This document shows, piece by piece, positions 1-10,237 of a DNA stretch of 64,000 bases (position 1 is the stretch's first letter; each line of letters begins with the position of its first letter). A program made the translations under genes and the position numbers. Origin of the DNA: Raja brachyura (taxonomy: Eukaryota); NCBI GenBank assembly GCA_963514005.1, contig OY740817.1, positions 8,680,001-8,744,000 on the forward strand. Direction: 5' to 3'. The notes below the pieces were generated by a model. It was not told the DNA's origin. It saw only the letters and a program-made list of their open reading frames with translations, and did no database searches.

Positions 1-2586
1 ATTGCGTTGGGGGAACGGGTGAGTGGTGGAATCTTGCGTTGGGAGAGCGGAGCCAATGGGTCTGCACTTGGTCTAGTCATCTCTAAAGTTTTGGCTTATG
101 AAACATTTCTCAGGAAATATCCTTTTCCATAACTAAATGAATGACTGTACTTTTGAAGTATAATCAACATTATACTTCATGTGGGAGATGTGGAAAACAT
201 TCTCCCAGCTCCCACAATATTGGTCTTCTTCAAGTAGTGCCCAGGGTGCTTGAAACTGTGCAGCTTTTCTAAAGGCAATTCACTCTGTCAGTTTATGAAA
301 GGATAAAGATTATTTTGTCTGAGTGGCATGCCTCTGGGAAATTCAGTCGATCAAAGTGTTGGCAACAAAATTAGTTTTACATTTTTAAGACCTTCCGTCG
401 CACAAGATAATCTGGTAAATTCTAGATTGGAAAAGCTGAGGACAGGTTCAAAGAAGTCAAGTATGAGAGAAGTCCAGGAGTTGGGGAAAGGCAAGGGTTT
501 GGGGATGAGCAGAGGAGGTGACTGTATGCTGCCAAAAATCAATGGGATTAAGATTGGTGTCAGGAAAGGAACATTAGGTAATCAACAATGGAGGAGTATT
601 GGTGGCATGGATAGATTTACCATGATTTTTATTTTCTTTCAAAAATAAACTTTATGCACAAACAAATACAGGAAATACAATATAAACAATACAGGATTTC
701 CTTTACATTCATGGTGTCATCTCATCAATACATTCTGTTTACAAAGCATCATTGCCACTGTCGTGTCATATCAATATGAATGTGTCATATACATTGTACA
801 CACACTGTCCTCAAGATGGCTGCAAAGTGTTGGATGGTCTGATGGGGAGCACCTCTCTCAGTGCCAGCCACTGAGGTCTTGGTGCATGTTGGTGAGTACT
901 GGTGATGAGGTGTTCTCCCAAATGACTTTGGCAATCTGCCATGATAAGCAGGGGATAGTTTCAAGGAATACTCAAGTACTGTGAGCTTGCGGACCCTGAG
1001 GTTTGGGGAGTTCAAAGAAGAACCAGGAGAATACTTACCCTGAATGGGACCATTCTGAGATGTAATCCCAGTACTATTGTGGGACCTGTTCAGCAAGGCC
1101 CCTTATAGTATGCAAAAGCATGCATCACATGCATTGTGATTTTGCCTTAGAGGCCCTTGAATAGTGCAGCCCACAAATCCAGATTGGAAAGTTATAAAAG
1201 GGACATGCAGCCGCACGTTGCACACTTAAGATAACTATGAGCTTGCCTGGAGTTCTCCATGCACTCCTTGCCTGGAGTTCTCCATGGAGTACATCACACA
1301 AAGGGAGAACCTGGATCTATTGTCACAGGCAATTTGAATAACTGACAGCTGTGGTTGAATTGTTTCTTCCTGTAAACCAAGCCACAAAAACAGTTTGCAG
1401 ATGATTAGCTACATGTTTGAGTAATTTATAATTTACCATCTCAGTGCAAAATTGTGCTAAATTACAATCAAGATCACGTAGCATTTTAGTGAGAGTTTTG
1501 CTGACAGGTAGGTAGTGTTGGTACTCCTGTTCATTTTGACTACTACTGCAATTAATGGTATTGCATGCACGTACATGTGTTTTCTGAAGAGGCTGCTCAA
1601 TTTATAATATTTGGCAAGAATCTGCAATCTATGCGATGGATGTTGATAATTGTTGCCACATTACATGCATATCTCTTAACCTTTTTTCCTCCCCCTCTCT
1701 TGTACATGCTGACTCATGTTAGACATGGCTACACAGGATATTTCTGAGCACCCATATTTCAAGTTTGAGTTTGTATGTTTTGAACTAGGCATGTTGCAAA
1801 ATTATTTGTCTGTAGTAAACATCTCAATTAAGTCCTGCCCTGCTGATGAAAGTTCATATTCAGCCACTGTCTGGGAAACTTCATGAGATAGTGATTAAGG
1901 GATAGAAGGCGAGGAATCTAACCTGATTTTACCTTCATTTGTTCAAAGGCATTGACGTTAGTTGTGGGAATTTTTGCTGCCCTACTTTGCTGAGATATTC
2001 AAACTTGCAAAGGCATGTGAGTCACACTGTAGAACCTCTGCATTGTATGTTTCCTTAATACAGACAATAAATGAGCTTTTAGTGGGTCCCTGTGAAAGGG
2101 ATATGCTATCAATAATAGGCATCTTGTCAAATGTTAAACGGAGAAAAAAAGTTGGCTCTATTTAACATAGCATACCAACAATTTCAGAAAAAAAAATACG
2201 AGTTTGGAATTGTGGGGGCGGACTGTTTTGTGATGTGGTTTTCAATCCACGGGGAATGGGGGCAGGACCAGGAATGTTTAAACATCATATCACTGAACAG
2301 AAATACACAGGCATTTTGGGTCTTCCAACTGTCTGGAATGCATTCCCAAAGCCTGAAACAGCAATGCCCTAACAAACCACACCACTCAATTCCCTTCCCC
2401 CCAATCAGGACAAATTCTTTTGGGATCTAGTGAATAGAAATTAAAATATAAATTGGCAGAAAATTATAGTTTGGTAAATATTAACTTCCTGTTTGATATG
2501 GTTATAACACTGAGTCTATCAATAATCAGTGTTTATTTTTGTTACTTTTCTTGCCTCTTCTTCCAGTAAAGCTGCATATTCTAACT

Positions 2587-2726
2587 TCTTCTTCTTCTTG
2601 CGTATGGCGCAAGATCCTAAAGTTGTCGGTCAACTTGTTCTATTTGATGTATTTGTTTGTGCACGTCGGGTTGATTGCATTAGTAGAAACAGGGTGGATC
2701 ACGTGAAGGTTGTAATCTCCCACCCC
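2587..2726 (-). mobile_element. Short non-autonomous retroposon (probably mobilised by a Vingi/Ingi-like LINE) with an HDV-like ribozyme head and (GAA)n tail
   Basis: Flanked by an 11-bp TSD: atattctaact 2576-2586 and atattttaact 2727-2737. The minus-strand 3' end has the stem-loop UCUUGCG-CCAUA-CGCAAGA running into (AAG)n. The partner LINE clade is inferred. Confidence 0.75.
2673..2726 (-). ncRNA. Minimal HDV-like self-cleaving ribozyme fold (copy with two helix mismatches)
   Basis: GGGGUGG(P1) GA GAUUACA(P2) ACC(P3) UUCACGU(L3) GAU(P3') CCACCCU(P1') G UUUCUA CUAA(J4/2) UGCAAUC(P2'). It has the G1-U wobble and the catalytic C in CUAA. Confidence 0.7.
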
Positions 2727-3002
2727 ATATTTTAACTGAAATACCTTCTTTTTCAAAATCTCTCAGCATCAAGGGTCTTGCTTGGCTCCATTTTTAAGCA
2801 GTGGAAAATGTCTGCAATCAAATTATTTTAAATGGATTGCTGTCGTACAACAACTACCATGTAATCAGGATAGAGTGAGGTCTTTGTCAAGTGGCAAGAA
2901 GGTCCAAGAGAGCTGGAAATAGGGCTCTGTTGCACAGAACAGGCACACATGCCAATCATAGTCAGCGCTGTACAGCACTGAAATGATTCATTCAGCTCAC
3001 CA

Positions 3003-3130
3003 TGTCCACTTCTTTGGAATGTGGGAGGAAACTGGAGCACCCGGAGAAAACCCACGTGGTTACAGGGAGAATGCACAAACTCCGTACAGACAACACATGT
3101 AGTCAGGATCGAACCCTGGTGTCTGGCACA
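3003..3130 (-). mobile_element. HE1/V-SINE fragment
   Basis: Reverse complement has a B-box-like GGTTCGATCC followed by the GAGTTTGTGCATTCTCCC...GGTGCTCCAGTTTCCTCCCACA core shared with the other copies. Confidence 0.7.
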
Positions 3131-3134
3131 GATA

Positions 3135-3630
3135 TGGAATATTGTGAGCAATTTTGGACCCCACATCTGAGGAAGGATGTGTTGGCGCTGGAGAGGGTCC
3201 AGAGGAAGTTTATGGGAATGTTTCTTGGAATGAGTGGGTTTGCATATGATGAGCTTTCGACGGCACTGGGCCTCTACTTACTGGAGTTTAGATGGATGAG
3301 GGGGGCCCACATTGAAACTTACCAAATAGTGAAAGGACTGGATAGAGTGGATGCGGAGAGGATGTTTCCACTAGTGGGAGAATCTAGCCTTAGAAATAAA
3401 GGACATTCCTTTAAGAAGGAGATGAGGAGGCCAATATCTTTAGTCAGAGGTTGGTGAATCTATGGAATTCATTGGCTGTGGAGGCTGTCAATTAATATTT
3501 TTTAAGGCAGAGATAGATTCTCGATTAGAACAGGTGTCAAGGGTAATGGGAAAAAGGCAGGAGAATGGAGTTGAGAGGGAAAGATAGATCGGAGGAGTAG
3601 AATGGATGGGCCAAAAGGCCCAATTTTGCC
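3135..3630 (+). mobile_element. CR1-type LINE 3' fragment (RT C-terminus plus 3' UTR)
   Basis: ORF 3002-3457 reads EYCEQFWTPHLRKDVLALERVQRKF...LEFR.MRG.HIETYQI.KG.D, typical of the CR1 ORF2 end. Confidence 0.85.
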
Positions 3631-6600
3631 CCTCTCACTAATTAACTATTCATCAACAATCCAATGTGCATTTACAAAGCATTTTGGAAGGCAAATCAAG
3701 CCAAAGTGTTTCATTGGAGCATTATTATTACAAGCTATGACATTGAGCTATGTAAACATCTGTTAAAAATGATGACCAAGAGCTTACTTAAATAAGTAGG
3801 TTTTATTGCAAAAGCAAAATATTGCAGATGTCAGGTGTCTGAAATAAAGCAGAACTGCTAAAAATTCTCAGCAGGTCAGGCAGTATCATTGGAGAGCAAG
3901 TAAGAGAGATAGAGAAACACACAGCATTAATGTTTTCGGTAATTCATCGCTCATTATAGACTAATGATGAACGATCATTCAATGTGCAAAGTTGATTTTC
4001 TCTCTCCAGAGATGTTAGTGGAAGAATATCCAGAGCCTGGGACCACCCAGTAATGAAATTGATCTGTCATTTCCCTACGTCGATGAAACTGATCCCTCAA
4101 ATTCTCCCTGGATGAAACAGATGCTTAATAATGCCACAGAATGTAATTCTTTCAGTTGTCATGATTCTTATTCTTGTGATTCCCAGAGGGGATTATTTTT
4201 TTTCAAACTTTTATTCTCTGGATTTAGTCCTGTATTTGTAGTATGGTTCCAGCCTCCCCAGATACCATAATACACCAAAATACAACATCAAACCACCCGT
4301 TCATCATCAGTGAAGAGAAAATTGGTTGGAAAACAAGAAAAGTCAACTTTGGTATCTCTCAGAATGCTCAGTACCACAGTGTAGCTTTACAACTAAGCTG
4401 TATTATCATTTGACCATTCTAATATAATAAGAGAAATGCAGGAATTATTAGCAGGCCAGACTGAAGATGTGGAGAGAGAAACATAGTTAACGTTTTAGAC
4501 TTATGATGTTTCATTAGGATTAGGATCTTACTTGGTTTCAGCCCCATTTCTTTGATCCTGTCAACCCTCCCTTTTCTCTGAAACTTAAAACATGCTAACT
4601 TTCATACTTGTCCTTGTTAGGTTACATCAATGTAAAATGTTAAAAGTGGTTCATTTTACATAGATGTTGCTTGACCTACTGTGTTTCCAGCATTTTCTGT
4701 TGTATTTCAGATTTCCAGAGACTTTTAATTTATTTTCTAATATTCCCTAATCTCAAACTGGAATAACTTTTGGATCTAGTGGCATTTATTGCAGTAAATA
4801 AATGTATAATTGTAAATAATTGTATAATTGTGGCCATTCTTTTCTCAGTTATTACGGTTTCCATTTTGAACCAGTTTTCAAAGAAGATGATCCCTTCAAT
4901 GCATGAGCACCTTATCCAGGGGAACTCTTTCCACAGTGTTGAGAAAGCGGTGGTGTTTGGCTGTCCCGATTGGTGGAGGAAAAGGTTTTGTTGCGGATGG
5001 AACCATGTATCGCGGCTGATGTTGCTGAAACCATTTTTATTGGTTCACAGTGAAATGCTAGAATACGTGCGACAGCTTCCCATATCTCTAGAGTCACCTC
5101 TTGGTGAAGGTAGACATTAATGATGTAATTTAGCATTGCCTTCAATGCACTGGCACAATCTCTTGTCAATTGAGGAAAAGAACATTTAAAAAGCCAGATT
5201 TCAAGACCTGGTCTACTGGGCAACAATAATCTCTAACACCCTATATGTTTCTGAGACCTAGACTAGCTACAGCAGACACTTTGTGGCACTGGGAAAATAC
5301 TACCACCATTGTCAACACAAAATTCTCCAAATTCATTGAAAATACACGTGAACAAACAACAGTATCCACGCCTAGGGCAACATTTTGAGTATTGAGGCCA
5401 TTTGGCTCCTTTGGGCAAGTCACATCATTCACATGCTGAATGCCAGACTCCTGAAACAGACACTCTATTCCAAGCTCTGTCATGGCAAGAGATTGTAGAA
5501 ATAGAAGGGTTCCGACCTGAAACGTTACCCATCCCTTTTCTCCAGAGATGCTGCCTGATTTACTCCAGCACTTTGTGTTTATCTATGGGAAGGGATAACC
5601 AGACAGAAAGAAGAAAATATTCCAAGCCTCCTTGAAGACAATAGATTCAGGTTCAGGAGTAGGCCATTCCGTCCTTCGAGCCAGCACCGCCATCAATGTG
5701 ATCATGGCAGAATTGGAACATCTCCATTGACTCATGGGAATAGCTGGCCTACAAGTGGACAAGGAGCATTTGTAAATGGAACTGAGGATCAAGGTGCTAC
5801 AAAAACAGTGGAAGCAGTGCATCACCTCACAGACGACCCATCCGCTATCCTGTCAGCCCCCATCTGTTTATCTATGGAAGGGTCTGTATTTTGCTCTTAG
5901 GCCACATTAGAACATAGTACAGCACAGCAACATGCACTTCAGCCCACAATGTCCATGCTGAACATGATGCCAAGTTAAACTAATCTCAGCCTGCACGTGA
6001 TCCATATCCCTAGATTCTCTACATATCCATGTGCCTATCTAAAAGCCTCAAATGCCCCAATCGTCTCTGTCCATATATGTTTCTATGATTTATTTAGTTT
6101 TCCTGTGACCTCCATTTTCTTGCATTCTGTACCATAGTCAATACAGACAAGTATTCCACACACTTATCTTAAACACTTCATACCCATGTTTTGATACCTT
6201 TTAAAGGTTTGTGGATAAGCACTCCAAGATCCTTCTGCTTCCATACAATATTTAGTACTGTGTCATTTAAAATACAATTCTGCTGTTATTGATGGCCTAC
6301 AGCAACCCATAGATGTCCAATTTTAAGCTGACTGTGCAGGCTGGTTGCCACCATATTTAAGTAGTAATTTGGTAATAATGTATGGAGTTATATATAGCTT
6401 CATCTGATTTGAATTCTGCCTTTTCTTGAAAGGATGGCACTAGACATCAATCACGAATCCTGATCTCAATAGATTTCCCCCCTCACTCAAATGCACAGTT
6501 GTTCCATTGATAGAATGTCAATGGGTAAAATAATAGCTGTACCATTTAACATTTTCTGATTATTGGTTAGACAACATTCCAAACATTTTTCCATAATGAC

Positions 6601-7292
6601 ATTTATCAGAGATTGTTTATTAACTGCTTGAAATATGTTAGTTATTCAAAAGCAATGAACGGAATGGACTTTACATCATTGTGTTTGATAGGATACACTT
6701 GGATTGGTTTACTCATTATGTCACAAAAAGTACGCCAGAGTACGCAAACATATCAACATCTGCTGTCATTGTGTTCCATTGGTTGTTTAGTTAATCACAA
6801 TCTTAGGTTGATTCTGTTGCTGGTGCTGCTTGGCTGAGAGTCAGAGGCTTGGAATAGAATTGTTCTGTGCATTTTAATGGACTAATGATTTTAAGCTAAA
6901 AATCAGCACTTTTGCGCAATATGAAATTGAATTCCTGGCGTCAGTCCATGTGATGAGCCTCTGCATGGGCATGCAGCAGTAATGTCGATCAGCATGCAAT
7001 GCTTGTTAAATGTCACTGCTGTGAGATTGGAATGTGTATATGTACTGTAGAAATCTTGTGGCCTCCGCTAGAAAAGCAGGTATTGTGCTGGAGTGCTAAT
7101 GTGGTACCATTGTTTAAAATGGGTTAAACTGACTAATTACAGGTCAGTCTGCCCAACATTGATGGTGGACAATTGACTGGAAAAGTCATAGATTAATCAA
7201 GGAAAGCCATCATGGATTTGTTTAGTAGAAACCACCCGCCACCCCCTTAGTCAGAACCTGACGTAAGCAAAAAAAAATAAATAGAAGACATA

Positions 7293-7457
7293 GCTTCAAA
7301 TAGAGAGCTAGATAGGGCTCTTAAAGATGGCGGAGTCAGGGGATATGGGAAGAAGGCAGGAATTGGGTACTGATTGGGGATGATCAGCCATGATCACATT
7401 GAATGGTGGTGCTGACTCGAAGGGCTGAATGGCCTACTCCTGCACCTATTGTCTATT
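7293..7457 (+). mobile_element. CR1-type LINE 3' UTR end
   Basis: gatcagccatgatcacattgaatgg...gaatggcctactcctgcacctattgtctatt, near-identical to the ends at about 32815-32975 and 43620-43775. Confidence 0.75.
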
Positions 7458-7890
7458 AGCTATAAATAAAGGATGATCGGAGAGTTGAGGGAGAAGAGGC
7501 AGAAGCACTCACTCATAGTATACCTGGATCAACACTTAGCTGACCAAGCCATAAATAGGTTAAGATAAAAACAGAAAATGTTTTAAAATGCATAGATTAT
7601 GCTTAATGCTGATAGGTTATTAACCTGATACTCTCTCCTGATTCATGGAATCTTTTTGACATTTGATGTTTTTATATCACATTTGTAGCCTCTGCATTGT
7701 TTTGTGTTTGGATTGAGTGAATTAATTAGTTACATCATAGACATATGTTGTATATTTAGAGAAATGTATTCACCCTATCATCATATGCTTGTGACTGCTA
7801 CATCCCAAAGTTTGGGAATGCTTTACCTAGACTCCTCTGCCTCTTAAAATCATCTGCAAATAATGTGGCTTGGTTCCCACTATTATGTGA

Positions 7891-8112
7891 TAGACACAAT
7901 ATTCTGGAGTAACTCAGCAGGTCAGGCGGCATCTCTAGAGAAAAGGAATAGGTGACGTTTCAGGTTGGAATCCTTCTTCAGACTGGAGAAGAGTTCTGAC
8001 CCGAAATGTCACCTATTCCTTTTCTCCGGAGATTCTGCCTGACCTGCTGAGTTACTCCAACATTTTGTGTCTATCATTGGCATAAACCAGCATCTGCAGT
8101 TCCTTCATACAC
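7891..8112. mobile_element. Fold-back Penelope-derived element
   Basis: Inverted arms (gacacaa...gagtaactcagc...ggtgacgtttc and its reverse complement) plus a one-sided tail of about 40 nt ending ccagcatctgcagttcct...acac. TSD attatgtga at 7882-7890 and 8113-8121. Confidence 0.8.
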
Positions 8113-8299
8113 ATTATGTGACCTGGTGTTTTTTGTTTTGCGGCTTGGTGCCCAGTGTTGGCATCTTGTAACATTTTTAATGTAGGTGTTATATATTTGG
8201 AAGTTACCACATCCTGTGGCCGCATTTTTTGTTTTGCCGCGAACATACCATCATCAGCAAACTTCCACTTCATTGTCACAAAGTCATACAACAGAGAAA

Positions 8300-8431
8300 C
8301 AGGCCAAAAAACACATAAAGTACTCGAGTAACTCAGCAGGCCTGGCAGCACCCCAGGAGAATTCTGACCCGTTGTTACTCCATAACTTTGTGTCCCTTTT
8401 ATGTACACCAGCATCTGTAGTCCTTGTTTCT
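8300..8431. mobile_element. Older, internally deleted fold-back Penelope-derived element
   Basis: Diverged arms plus tail. Direct repeat acagagaaa at 8291 and 8432. Confidence 0.6.
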
Positions 8432-8535
8432 ACAGAGAAATATACCCTTCGGCCCACGATGACGATGCCGACAGACAAGTAAACATTAAACTGCATTGCG
8501 CTTGTGTTCCTTCAGACAACATAGAAACAATATAA

Positions 8536-8630
8536 GATAGACACAAAAAACTGGAGTAACTGAGCTGAGTCACTCCAGCTTTTTGTGTCTATCTTCGTTT
8601 TAAACCAGCATCTGCAGTTCCTTCCTGCAC
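8536..8630. mobile_element. Collapsed fold-back Penelope-derived element
   Basis: gatagacacaaaaaactggagtaactgagc / tgagtcactccagctttttgtgtctatc plus tail, with atataa on both sides. Confidence 0.65.
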
Positions 8631-8779
8631 ATATAAAAAATATAGCTGGTCTTGAAAGGTCATTTTTTTACTCTAATTTCTCCACATCAAGGTGAATCTT
8701 ATAACGACCGAAACAAGTCAGAAACTGCAGAGAGACACAAATAAGCTGGAGTAATTCAGCGGGTCAGGCAGCATCTCTG

Positions 8780-9570
8780 TGGCCGGGGGGGGGGGGGGAA
8801 TAGGACAGAAACGGCATACAGCTTCGCTTTCGCGCAATCTTCTCCGGCCCGCCAACATTGGCAGGGCAAGCTGTCGCTCAGACCCTGCGCCAGATGAAGA
8901 CTGCGGCACCGGTCGGTCACTTTCCGGGGCCGCTTGCTTTGGACGCCGCTCTGCAGCTCGATCGCCCGCCCTCCCTCCCATTCGTCATCGGAGCCCTCAC
9001 TCACTTACTCGAGGACGACTCACAGACATTCGTCGGCGGTGCAGGAAAACCCTTCACAATTCGTCGACTGGGGCGGGGGGAGGAGGCCGACCGACTGACT
9101 GAGATCGACTCGCACCCATTCGTCGTGGGATCCCTCACTCAGCGGTGCTGTCTCCCCACTGGGCGGGAGCGCGGGGTTGGCGGTGCTGTCCGTTGCCGCG
9201 AGCAGGGCGGGGCGCCGAGCCGAGCCGACGCGCGAGCAAGCGAGCCCCAGTGTGCACAGCCTGAGCTAGCGCGAGGCAGCGGGCGGTTTGATCGGCACCA
9301 AGCAGCGGAAAGCTTTCAATTTTTGTGTGTGTGTGTGGGGTTTTTTTAATTAAAAAAAACATTAAGAGACAAATTATCCTGCAAAAAAAAAAAAAAAAAA
9401 ATCCGCAGTTTCCACACCACCCGAAGGGAGAGGAGGGCGTTCGAAGATCACCTGAACCGCAGAGGTAAGAGGCGAAAAAAAAAAATCTTTTAAGTTTATG
9501 GAGTGAAGCCGAGAAGGGGAGTGAAACCAGGAAAAGAGTCGGTCACAAGCCGGGCCGGCCCGCTCGCCAC
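8780..9570 (+). promoter_or_regulatory. CpG island / TATA-less GC-box promoter of MYH9
   Basis: The most extended CpG-dense non-repeat stretch in the window. GGGCGG boxes near 9071, 9161, 9205 and 9281. It lies 5' of the first coding exon and spans a strong splice donor. Confidence 0.8.
9230..9464 (+). other. MYH9: Non-coding exon 1 of MYH9 (start approximate)
   Basis: Donor GAG|GTAAGA at 9464/9465 and no ATG in the interval. Exon 2 starts with a splice acceptor 19 nt before the ATG, so an upstream UTR exon is required. Confidence 0.65.
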
Positions 9571-10042
9571 AGGCAACTTTTCATTTGTATCTCACTTAAA
9601 CGTTTCTAAAAGCGGAAGTTTGGACGACACCACCACCATGCTGAGAATTACATTTTAAAATCTGCCAGCCAGTCGATCTTATTTCGGTTTTCAGGTCGCA
9701 TGTTAAGTGTCCTTGAGATCCATAATGCCAATATCTGTTGGTTATATTAACTTGTGAAAATCAGACGACACGACAGGTAGCATGGAAATTACCTTCGCTG
9801 TTGTAGCTCGCAGATATGGGCTTGGCTTCCGTCTCTCCGGCTGCATGAGCTTCCTGTCTTTTTTTTTTCTTTTTTTCACTGAAATGTGATTCCATCGTGA
9901 GTCAAAATTCGCCTTCCCTCAGTATTAATTTTCTAAGACTGCTGTTTTCAAGTTTGATTGCCTCCTTGGAATGTGGAGAGCTGTTCAATTGCCAGTCTGC
10001 ATTTGCTTATTGTAATAAAAATCCATTAATAAATAGCTCCTA

Positions 10043-10237
10043 GGTAGACACAAAATGCTGAAGTAACTCAGCTGGACAGGCAGCATCTCAGGAGAGAAGG
10101 AATGGGTGAGAAGAAGAGTCTTGACCCGAAACGTCACCTATTCCTTCTCTCCAGAGATGCTGCCTGTCCCGCTGCGTTCCTCCAGCATTTTGTGTCTACC
10201 TTCGATTTTAACCAACATCTGCAATTCTTTCCTACTC
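10043..10237. mobile_element. Fold-back Penelope-derived element
   Basis: Perfect 15-bp TSD aataaatagctccta at 10028-10042 and 10238-10252; inverted arms plus tail. Confidence 0.85.

Noticed and set aside
1-77. End of a repeat finishing ccaatgggtctgcacttggtctagt, loosely similar to 24745-24769 (Helitron-like CTAG end)
   Set aside because: Truncated by the window edge and too short to classify.
630-1100. Possible degenerate Tx1/L1 3' fragment on the minus strand (similar suspicion at 12690-13310 and 39380-39800)
   Set aside because: Composition is suggestive, but I could not read diagnostic motifs convincingly.
1242-1285. Short tandem duplications (also near 13968, 17956/17991, 42370 and 52320)
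   Set aside because: Ordinary slippage or repair duplications of 15-25 bp with no evident function.
8718-9362. Overlapping ORFs of 75-163 aa in the CpG island
   Set aside because: Stop-poor GC-rich promoter sequence with no recognisable protein motif or splice structure.
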